From Ginglymostoma cirratum (Eukaryota): a stretch of 64,000 nucleotides of DNA. A program made the position numbers and the translations under genes. The stretch covers positions 20,252,534-20,316,533 of the forward strand of contig JAHRHZ010000058.1 of NCBI GenBank assembly GCA_024137785.1, read 5' to 3'. How positions within the stretch are numbered: the stretch's first letter is position 1; the number at the start of each line of letters is the position of its first letter. Below the pieces are notes generated by a model. That model did no database searches, had not been told where the DNA came from, and worked only from the letters and a program-made list of their open reading frames with translations. Positions 53,285 through 64,000 of this stretch are shown in pieces.

Positions 53285-53803
53285 AGTCCATCTTTCTGGA
53301 TGTTTGCAGTATATCTTTCTATTTTCATAGCTTAAAATGCAATAACGTTTTTAAAAATGTGTTGTAACTATAGCAAACATGGAAAATAGTACATCTATCT
53401 GCTGTACTAAAGAGGCCACCAAGTGAATAATAGAAATGCCAATGTTTAAGTATCAGTTACAAGATTTGTGTGGTTGGTAACGTATCTTGGATATAAGAAT
53501 AAAGTCAAACACAGAACAAATACAAGTGGAACATTTTGTCCAATGACAAGAGGACAAAATCAAAAAAAGGTGCATCCCAAGTAATAGATCAAATGTGATA
53601 GGGATACACAATGAGGTGAACTCTCCCACAAGACATTTTAGCTATTGAAATCCTGATGGGTTAGAAGGATATTGGATAATTGAAATGCATATAATGGCAA
53701 TTTGACTGTATAAACAAAATGTCAGTGTTTAACTGCCCTCCAAATCCTACAATAGCAGAAGGTTCTTTTAAAAACATAGTCTGCTGATGAACAACTTTTG
53801 ACG

Positions 53804-54030
53804 TGGTAGTGATTGAAATGAGGCCAGCCAGCTGGACCTCATAGAATGAGCTCCCTGATTGGACCAGATTAACAGCCCCAGTCAGGGACCCCTGGCTGAC
53901 ATAAAGGTTGAGTGCCAGAGATACTGGCACCCTGCCTCATACAGAGTCAGGCACCAGGACTATAGTCAAGAACTGTTCATGAGTAAATAAAGGGTGATTT
54001 GTTGATGGGATACTGGCCTCTGTGGAGCAA
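53804..54030 (+). mobile_element. Short solo LTR-like element next to an exon
   Basis: TG start, inverted ccctgattgg...ccagtcaggg, TATA-like ATAAA, AATAAA at 53986-53991. The 3' terminus is eroded. Confidence 0.55.
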
Positions 54031-54069
54031 TGTGAGCAAGTAGTCATTTTCTCCTCTTAAATTTATCAG

Positions 54070-54193
54070 GAAAGCTGTGGAAAACCTGCATAACCAAAAT
54101 GAGGCTGACATCCACCAGAAATATGAAGAGAGACAACTGGAAACCGAGCATGTGCAAGCCATCTTGCATAATAAGATTCAGCTTCTGCAGGAG
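54070..54193 (+). CDS. PDE4DIP: PDE4DIP coding exon, 124 bp
   Basis: Acceptor atttatcag, donor GAG|gtgagt. Encodes (S)KAVENLHNQNEADIHQKYEERQLETEHVQAILHNKIQLLQE, matching recalled human VENLNSQNEAELRRQFEERQQETEHVYELLENKIQLLQE. Phase 2 to 0. Confidence 0.95.
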
Positions 54194-54749
54194 GTGAGTG
54201 AAGACATGGAACAGCTGTGGCCTTAATCTGTGCTTCCCTTCATTTAACTCCTCATCATCTGAAGTAATTTTTTTGTAATACCACTGCATAGATGTGGAAG
54301 GCCTTTTAGCCTGTCTTCACAACCATAATGAAACCTTTAATCTTCATAATCCACCTGTACTTCAAAGAAGCCTCAATTATTTTTAAAGAATGATGTGCAC
54401 TTTTACTGTAGAGTCCTTAAAGCACTAAGCAGAGCAACCAAAAGGGAAGGTTACAGGCTTAATTCTCTGCTCTCAGATACTTACTTCTTAACTTGAACCA
54501 TGCCAAGTGGTAATGCACTGTGCAGAGTCTGTGAGGTCTTCTCACACAGCAAGTGATGTTGTCTTAACAGACAGCCAAGAGCCATCAAAGCAGAGATGTT
54601 GGAGCAGTCTTGAGTACCGACGGCTCTAAGAGTAAAGAAAAAATACATGAGATGAATTACTTGGTATCAGTCCTCATTAAAGTAGCCTGGATTTTTAAAA
54701 TGGCAGGAAGGCAAGACAGAATCTGGGCAGACTATTCCTGACATGTATG

Positions 54750-55370
54750 GTATAAATAATAAATTATCACATAAAAACATCTCCAACTTGTCTTTGTGTC
54801 GCACCTGTTAGTGTTGTAAATTGTTCCAAGTCACTTTGGAGAATAATTGACAAAGTTGATTCTGAGACAAAGAAGGAGACCTTAGGACAAGTGACGGGTG
54901 ACTTGGTGAAAGAGGTTATGAGGGAGATCTTCAAATTGGAGAAAGAGACAGAGAGGATTAGGGAGGGAGTTCCAGCTTTTAGAGCCTAGATGGATGAAAA
55001 GAGGGCAATATGCAACGAATGAACTGGTGGGAGCAGGTGACAATAGCCTGGAATTGGAGAAACAGAGCACATTGGAAGATTGTATAATAACTTGAGCTTT
55101 TAGAGATAAGAAAGTATGAGATCATAGAGGAGTTTGAACATGAGAACAAGAATTGTAAATCCAAGGTTTTTTGGGAGCCAGTGGCCCATGTAGGTTAGAA
55201 ACTGTAGAAACAATTGGTAAATGGGGCTGGATGTAAGTTAGAACACAGGCAACAGAGTTTTGGATTAGCTCACATTTACAGGTGATAGGTCATAGATCAG
55301 CCAAAAAAAGAACTGGAACCAATGAGTTTGGATGAATCAAAAGTATTAATGAGAGCTGTGGCAGAAACAG
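54750..55370 (-). mobile_element. L2-like LINE 3' fragment
   Basis: Decayed tail and body (gggagggagttccagcttttagagcctag) is the reverse of the family at 950-1620. Confidence 0.55.
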
Positions 55371-55796
55371 AAACCTGATATTACAGACCTGCGAACAGCA
55401 GCTATTCCTGCTTTGAGATAATCTTTCAGCTCACTCTCCCAGGTTAGATTTTGCTTGGACTAGTGATGGTACATGTTCAGAAGTGCTGGCTGGGCCTAGT
55501 TCATTTTTTGGCAGATTGAAAAAAGTGTTAGCAAGATTGTAATAAATTGTTGAGAAACAATATTCCTGTCACTTCTAGTAGATTGAATCACAGGGTTTCA
55601 TGGTGCAGTTTACTAACTGGTGCAGTAAAATCAGAGTTAAAGTTTCAGGTCGAGTGATCCATTAATATGTCTTTTAGTGAGACAGAAAACAGGATACAGA
55701 ATTTCATCAGATGCTTTAAGAGGTAACAAACATTTGTAATTTTAAAATAAAACTTTTAAAAATTAAATGCAATACTAATTGTGTTGGTACAAACAG

Positions 55797-55963
55797 GAAG
55801 CCAAGCTGGCCAAGAAAGAAGTGGAGAAGATGATCGCTGTTGCAGAGGCTGAGAAACTCCGATCCCTTGAGTTGGAGGAGAAACTAAACAATTGTAATCA
55901 GGAAAACCAAGAGAAGCTAAAATTATGGGAGACTAATGAAAAAGCTTTAACAGAAAAAAACAG
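55797..55963 (+). CDS. PDE4DIP: PDE4DIP coding exon, 167 bp, coiled coil
   Basis: Acceptor aaacag, donor AG|gtaaag. Encodes EAKLAKKEVEKMIAVAEAEKLRSLELEEKL...ALTEKN(R), similar to human ESRLAKNEAARMAALVEAEKECNLELSEKL. Phase 0 to 2. Confidence 0.93.
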
Positions 55964-56484
55964 GTAAAGTGCAGGAAACCTATGTTAATATAATGCTTTG
56001 GAAATAAAAGCTCTGAGCCCACTTACATGTAGATATTTGATGAAAGGGTATGTTGCAGGAATTTGAATCACTGTTGATTTCTAATTGATATGGAGATCTA
56101 AAATACATCTAAGATTATTCAGAATTTCAAATCGAGCTATTCAATTGTTTTGTAACTTGCATGTTACGAGACAGAATTTCCATGACTAATGAAAGGCGGA
56201 TTCAAGTGGTATTCAAAATGTTCTATTCTACACGTGCTGATAAAACTTGAGGATTCCACTGCATTATTCAGAGTGTTATTTTATCACAATGGCCATTATT
56301 TATTTCTCAACAATTAAATTCCTAAAAACACATGTGGTTCAACTCATAAAGCCACCAGGAGACTTGGGTACAGGTTACAATCATATATTTATTTATACAC
56401 AAGGAGAGACAATCTTAAACATTCTGAGACTGAACTCTGGCAAAACCTGCAAGTTTTCATCTCTCATAAACCTTAAGGCCGTAA

Positions 56485-57000
56485 GACCATAAGAAAAAGT
56501 AACAGGAGGAGGCAGTTCAGTCTCTCAAACCACCTCTGCCATTCAATAGGATCATGACTGATCCAAAACATCCACTACTTTCTCCATTACCTTTTGATTC
56601 TTCTACTGATCAAGAATCTGTCTAAGCCTTAAATAGATACAAGGACTCTGCCCCTACTGCTTTCTGTGTAAGGTGTTCTAAAGACGCTCAACCTTCTTCG
56701 AGAAATTCTTCCTCTTAGTCTTAAATTGGCATCCCTTAAGTCTGACACCATGGTTCTAGGCTCTCCCATAAGGAAAACATCCTATTAGCATTTACCCTGC
56801 CAAACCTCTTAAAAAATCTTATATGTTTCAATGAAATCACTTCTCATTCTTCTAAACCCCAATTTGTTTAATCTTCGCTCATAAGTAATCCCTCCATACT
56901 GGGAATCGTTCTACTGAGACTTTGCTGAACTTCCTCCCAATGAAATAATATATTTTCTTAAATCAGGGGACTAAAACTGTTCACAGTACTTCAGATCTGG
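56485..57000 (-). mobile_element. CR1 LINE 3' fragment
   Basis: accataaga...ctctgccattcaataggatcatgactgat tail. Same subfamily as 59087-59770. Confidence 0.8.
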
Positions 57001-58436
57001 TCATTTTTCAATTTCTAATCTGTTTAGTTTATTGCCATGTGTTAACCAGATGTCACTTATTTCCCACTGCACATATCAGGCATAGTCTGTGTTCACTCAA
57101 CCCCCCTCCTTACTTTGCTATTTGTCCAGTCTAGACTGAATCCTTGTTTGCATCACTTCTTCCCTGACAAGTTACCTGTAAGTTCTTTTGATGCCTGTGT
57201 AGAACTTAGGTAGTTTGAATGGTAAACCATTGAGTGGAAGTCATATAGCAAATTTTCTGTAGTGGATTATTAATAAAAATGTACGTACTGCATCAATTTA
57301 CAATACAAGCATTGTCCCTACTAAAATAAAAAAAGTTGTTTTCTTGGTTCAGATGTCTGGGGACATGTTTGGAGATGGCACTACACAGTTTGATAAGCAG
57401 CAAAAATATGACCCTAGTAATTTCTTCACACCCTTTTGGCACCTGTCTTTATTTCCTGACCAATGATTATGATAGTGTACTGTATCCAGGTTTATATTTT
57501 GTCCAAATGAAATGTACACCTTAATTTGTATCAAGTTGTTCAAGTGATCCATAATTCATCTGTTTCTGAATTTAAAGTTGATAGAGGTTTTAAGGTTAAA
57601 TCCGCATACAGATTAAGCACTGATTGCCTGAAATATTGCACAAACATCCAGAAAAATGGATAATTCTCGAAACTGGTCATCTTTGCAGCATGGTACATCA
57701 GATCAGCCATGACTAGAGCCCATCTTGACTTTTTCTACAAAATTTGAAATTGTAGTATCATTCACACATCTTTGTGGCTGCACTTTCTTCATTGTTTGGT
57801 AAAAGAGTGGAATATTTTGATATCAGTTACATAACACTGTGTCTTCCATATTCATAATCAGTTACTTAGATGATTGCTGCCTGATCATATGCATACCACT
57901 CCAGTAATTCCTCTTCTGAAAATCTGCTTTCCAGGTGGTCACAAAGCAGTTGACTAAAATTGAAGGTTTGCAACACTGTCCGCATCACTATCTAGAGCAG
58001 CCAGAACCACTTACCTCCATTAAAGGCATTCACCTAGATACTAAGTCTTCAGTTTATTAGTCTTCACCTTTGCAAATTGCATAGCTTCAATTGTTGCCAG
58101 ACAGCTTCTCTGAAAGAATTTGTACAATAATGCCATTTCACCTAGAATATCATTCAGAACTGTCAATGCAATGCAATACTGTGACTTTGTGAGCATTTTC
58201 ATGCAATATTTATTTACTGTATCTTTGCACTTATTCACTTGTGAAGTAGTTTTTGATCGAGAAATTGTAGTTAACATGAGTGCACTTGACAGTCACCTCG
58301 CTTCATTCAGAAGTTGAAATGTCACTGCGTCACACTCTGACTTCAGCAAATTCTTTAAATTGCCTTTATATCACAGATGACCTGCTGAATATTACATACA
58401 AATTCTTAGAAGCATTTTGATATCATACATAATCAA

Positions 58437-58683
58437 ATAAAAACCGAAAGAACTGCAGATGCTGTAAATCAGGAACAAAAACAAAGTTGCTGGGAAAGCC
58501 CAGCAGGTCTGGCAGCATCTGTGAAGGGAAAAAACAGAGTTAAAACAGAGTTGACATTTCAGGTCTGGTGACCCTTCCTCAGAGTTCAGAGGAAGGGTCA
58601 CCGGATCCGAAACGTTAACTCTGTTTTATCCTTCACAGACGCTGCCAGACCTGCTGGGCTTTCCCAGAAACTTTGTTTTTGTT
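58437..58683. mobile_element. Short palindromic Penelope-type element with a 13-bp TSD and two inverted hammerhead-like motifs
   Basis: CATACATAATCAA (58424-58436) and CACACATAATCAA (58684-58696). Arms at about 58473-58583 and 58586-58684 are near-perfect reverse complements. Confidence 0.88.
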
Positions 58684-59086
58684 CACACATAATCAAGACC
58701 TGCTTCCAAGCGTTATCTATTCCAAGATTTTCTCTGTGACCAAAACAATGATGTGCCAATAAATGTTTGACTTCACGTCACAAAATGGCTGCACCTCCAT
58801 TTTTCTTTCCAAGCATAACAGCAACTCCATCTGATGTAAACGCCACCATCTTCTGTAAATCAAAGTCACTGTTAACATAAAACTGCTTGCTTGCTGCCAC
58901 ATTGGAGACACTGTACCAAGCAGTCAGTTTCAAAATTCCTGCTAAGGCAGTCTTGTAAAGAAGTTCAGATTCTGATTGAAAATTCGACATACGAAAAGGC
59001 AGTTTGTGGAATTCATCCAGGAACTTTATCTGTACGAAGTTAATGCACCCTTCAAATTTAAACACATTATTCTTGCTGCAACAACT

Positions 59087-59770
59087 CATAGTAGACCATA
59101 AGATATAGGAGCAGAATTAGACCACTCAGCCCATTGAGTCTGCTCTGCCATTTGAACATGGCTGATGTTTCTCCAATTCATTCTCCTGCCTTTTCCCTGT
59201 AACCTTTGATCCTTTTACTAACGAAGAACCTACCAATCTTTGTCTTAAATACACTCAATGACTTGGCCTCCACAGCCCACTGCAGCAATGAGTTCCACAG
59301 ATTAACCACTCTCTGGCTGAAGAAATTCTTCTTCATTTCAGTTCTAAAGGGCTGTCCCTTTACTCTGAGACTGTGCCCTCAGGTTCTATTCTCCCCTATT
59401 AGTGGAAACATCTTTTCCAACTCCACTCTATCTAGGCCTCTCAATATTTTGTAAGTTTCAATGAGATTCCCCCCTCATCCTTCTAAACTCCATCGAGGAC
59501 AGACCCAGAGTCATCAACCGCTCCTCATATGTCAAGCCGCTCATCCCTGGGATCATTCTTGTAAACCTCCTCTGGACCCCCTCTAATGCTTCCTTTGATA
59601 CGGGGCCCAAAATTGCTCACAATATTCCAAATGCAGTCTGATCAGCGCCTTATACATCCTTAGCAGTACATCCGTGCTCTTGTTTTCTAGGCCTCTTGAA
59701 ATGAAGGTAACATTACATTTGCTCTCCTAACTACCAACTAACTGCATTTTAACCTTAAGAGAATACTGAA
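59087..59770 (-). mobile_element. CR1 LINE 3' fragment nested in hAT
   Basis: Well-preserved CR1 tail and ORF2 C-terminus (ggggccc aaaattgctcacaatattccaaatgc). Confidence 0.88.
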
Positions 59771-61470
59771 TTGCTGCACTCTTCGCCATATGATCATGAA
59801 CGTCTTGCAAGGGAACTATTCACCTTCATTGCAAGTACAACATTGTTCATTAGAATTTTCACCATATCAGGATTGGCCTTTCTGTACTGTGTGTATACTG
59901 ACTTCATCTCTCAATCTTTTGGTGTTTTGGTAAGCATTTGTAAAATTCCATCTTTGCTGTTATTTCATTAAACTAGTAGCAGAATCTGTGGAAATTTTTA
60001 GATCAATGCCACTTTAGGTAGTTCCAATTTACTATTCTAGCACTTTTTTTTCCAGTGCTAATCTCACCTTCAGCATTTGCTTTAAAATAAATAATGCTTA
60101 GGACGTTGCCCGTTTCAAGATATGTGAAAATCTTACTGATTCACACCTTCTATTAATGTATTGAAGATGGTGTTTTGGTTTTGATCATCTTGGAAAGCTG
60201 TTCGTTTTGTACCTAAAATTTCTTTTTTAAAGAGCTTGAAAATTCCTTTATTTTTCTTTTATCTTAAGAAACCTAAGCTTAAAAATATGAAATTAAAACG
60301 TACCTTGCTACTTGTGTTGTGTCTTTCTGGAATGCCTGTCTACTTCGCAAACCTGGTGTTGCCTGAACCTCGTCTTTGCAGACTGTAAGCTCCCTGCTCC
60401 CAGAACTTTCAAGTTGTGGTCTAGCCTCTTTCCCTACCCCCATTTAACCTCCTGCTGCTTCCCTGTACTGGACTTGCATTCAATCAGAAGCTGGAGCTCT
60501 GATGCTATGGAAGCTGTTGCATAAGTACTAAATATCAACTAATGGTTCATAAGGCCGGGGCTTTGTGGCTGTGGGGTGGGCAGAACATCATGGGGTGTGC
60601 GTGGGTTTTTTTCCCAGTATACGCATGCAGTTTGCAGGCAAAGTTGCTCCATAACCTGACTCTTCACCATCTTTCACTTAGTTTGCTAAAATCACTTCCT
60701 GTTGAATCTGTAATTAATCTTTCAGGTTTCGCTCTTTCACATGGAACCTGTGTATTCATGCATTGCCAATTCTGGGAAGTTGGTGCTATTTTATAAAGAT
60801 ACAGTATTAATTTGATTATGCAAAAGCAATTGCTGCTCTATAAAGATAAATATTTTATGTACTTTTAGGTATTTTTGTTTTATGCAATTGCTTTCCAGTA
60901 ATTTAAATAATGGATATAATGGTCTATAAAAAGTGTCCCAGAATTTGTACTTTTTTACTTTATTTGCAGCTGTAATTTTGATCTTCTGAAAATTTTCAAA
61001 GCAGAGCTGTTTTTCTTTTCTGAATATATCTTGAACAAGTAATGCTGATGATCTTTTGCAGCATAGTTGAGTTTCCATTGAAACATCAACTGCTCCTTTT
61101 TTTGTTTAGCAATATTGAATTACAATAATGCTGCCATGATCCTTCTAATGACATAACATCTCAGTGGTGCTACACGTTAGATCAACTGGATTTTTCATAA
61201 CATTGCAGTGCGACAATACTAATGCTGCTAATGGGTGCTTTGCAGTGATCTTTCTCTCACAATGATATTGCTTAAAAAGTGATTTACAGTTTGAGCTTGT
61301 TGGGTCTTTTAAAGGCAGTCCAACATAACAGACATGGGTGCAGTAGTCTACCACTAAGTTAATGGTGTCATCTTGCAGTCTGTTTTTAATGAACAGTATT
61401 AGGATTATGTGGTCATAATTTTTCATTTAGGGTTTTCAAACTAATGTAAATATCTTTTGTACCCTTGCAG

Positions 61471-61630
61471 AATAATAGATCAGCTGACCGAAGCACTAAG
61501 AACCAAAGATATTCAGTTAGGTCAATTGAACAAGGAAAATCAGAATGTGGTGGAAAACCATGTTGATGGTCTAGAATATCGTGTAGAAGAGCTCTCCGAT
61601 ACATTGCGGCAGAAAGAAAGTGAAGTTGAA
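61471..61630 (+). CDS. PDE4DIP: PDE4DIP coding exon, 160 bp, coiled coil
   Basis: Acceptor ttttgtacccttgcag, donor GAA|gtaagt. Encodes (R)IIDQLTEALRTKDIQLGQLNKENQNVVENHVDGLEYRVEELSDTLRQKESEVE. Phase 2 to 0 fits the previous exon. Confidence 0.9.
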
Positions 61631-61994
61631 GTAAGTGCTTGTTTAAAACTGTAAGCCCAGACATCAATTTGATTAACTGCCATTCACTTGATTTTAATTA
61701 TGCTGTCATGATGTCAGCCTATGGAAATCACTATAATATTATAATTGTTTAATATTCCTGGTCCTGAATTTTGTGCAATAGGAGCAAATGTGGGAAATTC
61801 AGACAAGGAGGTCTATGCATCCGCCTCACAGTTCTCTTCATTTACTGCCCATTAATTTTAATGGACCGATAACCTTTCAAACAATAATTTTAGCTCACTG
61901 ACCTCTGTACCTAAATTCTTTATGTAAAAGAATGTTTTACTAGCTATGAATAGGACATGCTATGAATGGGATTGTTTTACTGACTGAGGGAAAT

Positions 61995-63330
61995 GATAAT
62001 AGAAATATCGTGGACAGAAAGAATCTATGTAAGCTTCACAATTTTGTATATCTCAATTAAATCTCTGCTGAGCCAGATTTGTTTTCTCAGCACCAATCAC
62101 AGCCTATCAGTCATTCTTCCTGGTTAAAATTTTCCATTCCAGGTAACATCCTCATATACCTCCTCTGCACCTTCGATGGTGCAATCATATCCTTGTAATG
62201 CAGTGACCAGAATGGTACACTCTGTGTGTACTTCACTTGTGGCCTAACTAGAGTTTCATATGATTCTACACGGTCTCCCTGTTCTTATATCTGTGTCTCA
62301 GCTAAGAAAGGAAAGTATCTGATGTGCCTCCTTAACCAATTCATTTACCTGTCCTGATACCTACAAATATTTTGTGGACTGACACTCCATGGCTCCCTGC
62401 TCCTTTACACTTCTCAGTGTCATACCTTTTATTGCTTATTCCCTTGTCTTGTTTGCCCTCCTCTAAGGTATTCCCTCACTATTCTCTGGTTTAAACACTA
62501 TTTGTCACTTTTCTGCCCCAAAGAATAGTCCATTGAGATTTTAATGTAGTCTACAGTTTCCTTCCTCACTATCAACCACATTGCCAATTTTTGTCTCAGC
62601 TGATCACTGTTTGCTTTTTGTGATTTTATATAAACGATTTAAATGTAAAGAATTCAATACTCAGCCCTCCAGAACCCCACTGGAAACTATCGTTCAGTCA
62701 CAAAGACACTCTTCTATAAACTTTGCTTCCTGCTACTGAACCAAACTTAGATACAACTTTCCACTTGCCATTCAAGCCATGGGCTCTTACTTTTTTCTAA
62801 CCATACTGTCAGCTGGGACATTGTCAAAGTCCTTGCTAACCTCCACATAGACAATATCAAACTCGTTTCCCTCAGTAATGCTGAATGTTGCTCCTTAAAT
62901 ATCAAGTTGCTCAAGCTGGTTACCTTCAAAAATGCTAGATCCCTGAATATTTCCTCCTATTACGTTTATACCCTACAATGTTTCATATTCTTCTTTAATT
63001 AGAACAATTGCATCTTACCCCACTGTAGTTGCAAAGTATTCATTTACAGGCGTTCCTCTGCACATGTTGCCTTTTTTACCTCTTTAGATCCCTGCTCTTT
63101 TAATACATTTTGTAGAACATCTTTGGGATTTTTCCTTGATTTTCCACTTACGAATATTTTTGTGCCCAATCTTGCTCCCCTAACCTCCTTTCAATTTTAG
63201 CTTTGGATTTTCTATACTCCTCTAAGCTTACTATAGAACTGTGTTGAATCGTCAGTATCTGACCTAAACAGTCCTTTTATGCCAAACTTATCCTATTGTC
63301 TGTGCAATTAGACATCCAGAGGTCAGGTGC
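61995..63330 (-). mobile_element. Decayed CR1 LINE fragments
   Basis: ctcctctgcacc...gaccagaatggtacac...ggcctaacta and agaaccccactggaaac are reverse complements of CR1 RT motifs. Confidence 0.7.
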
Positions 63331-63652
63331 AAGGTTCAGGTGTCCCATATTTTTCTTGCTGGTGACATATTTGTTCTGACCAGTGTAGTATGGGTCTTTG
63401 AACTTGGAACCCCGAAAATGTACTGTTTTCATTTCAGAATGCTTCTGATGGGAGAAACAGTATTAGGTAGTATGTAATAAGTATTAAGTAGTCCACTGAA
63501 AGTTAAAGCTTGTATGAGTTCGAGGCTCAAATTATGTCACTGTTCTCTTGGCCAAATGCAAAGTGAAGTCTTTCTGGTGAACTGCCCTGAGCTGCTGAGT
63601 AATTGCACATGGTGCCTCACAGTAAACAATTAGTTATGTTCTGTGTTGCTAG

Positions 63653-63706
63653 GATTTGCAAGATGAACTGGGCAGAGAGAAGTTGCGGACCCAACACGAA
63701 ATGCAA
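63653..63706 (+). CDS. PDE4DIP: Probable PDE4DIP coding exon, 54 bp
   Basis: Acceptor ttctgtgttgctag, donor CAA|gtaggt. Open phase 0-0 reading DLQDELGREKLRTQHEMQ with heptad character. Confidence 0.75.
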
Positions 63707-64000
63707 GTAGGTGTGAATTACTTTGTATCCAATACTGGACATCAATGTGAGTTTGTGTGTTGTTTCTGTTCACTTTACCAGCTTCACTGTATTCACATCT
63801 CCACATAATATGAACTCTGGGATTGTTGTGTTGCTGATTAATGCTGCATTTCAGACATCACTTTAAATAAAAGAATTGTCTGCTTGTTGAGGTAGATTTG
63901 GAAGATCCTGTGCCAAAAGCCAATTGACCAGAGACAATTGTCTTATGTTTACCCACATAACAATACTGAGTGACTTCAGAATAATAAAACCGTAGAGTTT

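Larger units (their letters stand above)
57230..60660 (-). mobile_element. hAT-superfamily (ZNF862-like) transposase fossil with two nested insertions
   Basis: KMVAFTSDGVAVMLGKKNG (second catalytic Asp region), VLNDILGEMALLYKFFQ, and a C-terminal dimerisation-like LDVCAIFQAISA*SVCGFNLK...FRNR*IMDHLNNLIQIK. Outer ends are approximate. Confidence 0.8.

Noticed and set aside
60640-60660. Putative hAT terminal inverted repeat ending CCTG
   Set aside because: No matching left TIR or 8-bp TSD found, so the boundaries are left approximate.
61065-61091. Small hairpin AGTTGA-GTTTC-catt-GAAAC-a-TCAACT
   Set aside because: Too short for a pre-miRNA and expected by chance.
63438-63466. Possible small exon atttcag|AATGCT...TATTAG|gtagta
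   Set aside because: 29 nt, frame-breaking, weak donor, no protein similarity.
17568-63706. Calling the gene CDK5RAP2
   Set aside because: MSNxYRTLSQHLNDLKKENFSL and NQNEA...EERQxETEHV...NKIQLLQEE are myomegalin-type. CDK5RAP2 has QITELKKENFNL.
61631-64000. Alternative first exon of the EB1-binding myomegalin isoform (MKEICRIC...)
   Set aside because: Looked for and not seen. It probably lies beyond the window.

Overview
Eukaryotic, AT-rich, CpG-poor DNA from a cartilaginous fish: HE1-type V-SINEs, Deu-domain SINEs and CR1 tails point to a shark, and a carpet shark is an inference. One protein-coding gene is visible, the 5' part of PDE4DIP (myomegalin) on the + strand. Six phase-compatible coding exons (17568/17598-17708, 30478-30554, 54070-54193, 55797-55963, 61471-61630, 63653-63706) encode the CM1 gamma-TuRC-binding motif and the first coiled coils. 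The gene runs off the right edge, and probably has further exons off the left edge. The rest is intron filled with decayed mobile DNA: two RTE LINEs, CR1 and L2-like LINE pieces, at least four SINE families, solo LTRs, a hAT transposase fossil, probable Harbinger fossils, Penelope-type terminal repeats and a 400-N gap. The best leads are: (1) two short palindromic elements flanked by target-site duplications (TSDs), each with back-to-back hammerhead-ribozyme-like motifs and the same core U-to-A change on the host sense strand; (2) an N-terminus whose codons double as branch point, pyrimidine tract and acceptor, preceded by a GC hairpin; (3) CDK5RAP2-like exon architecture retained in shark PDE4DIP. 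All homology calls come from recalled motifs, not from database searches.
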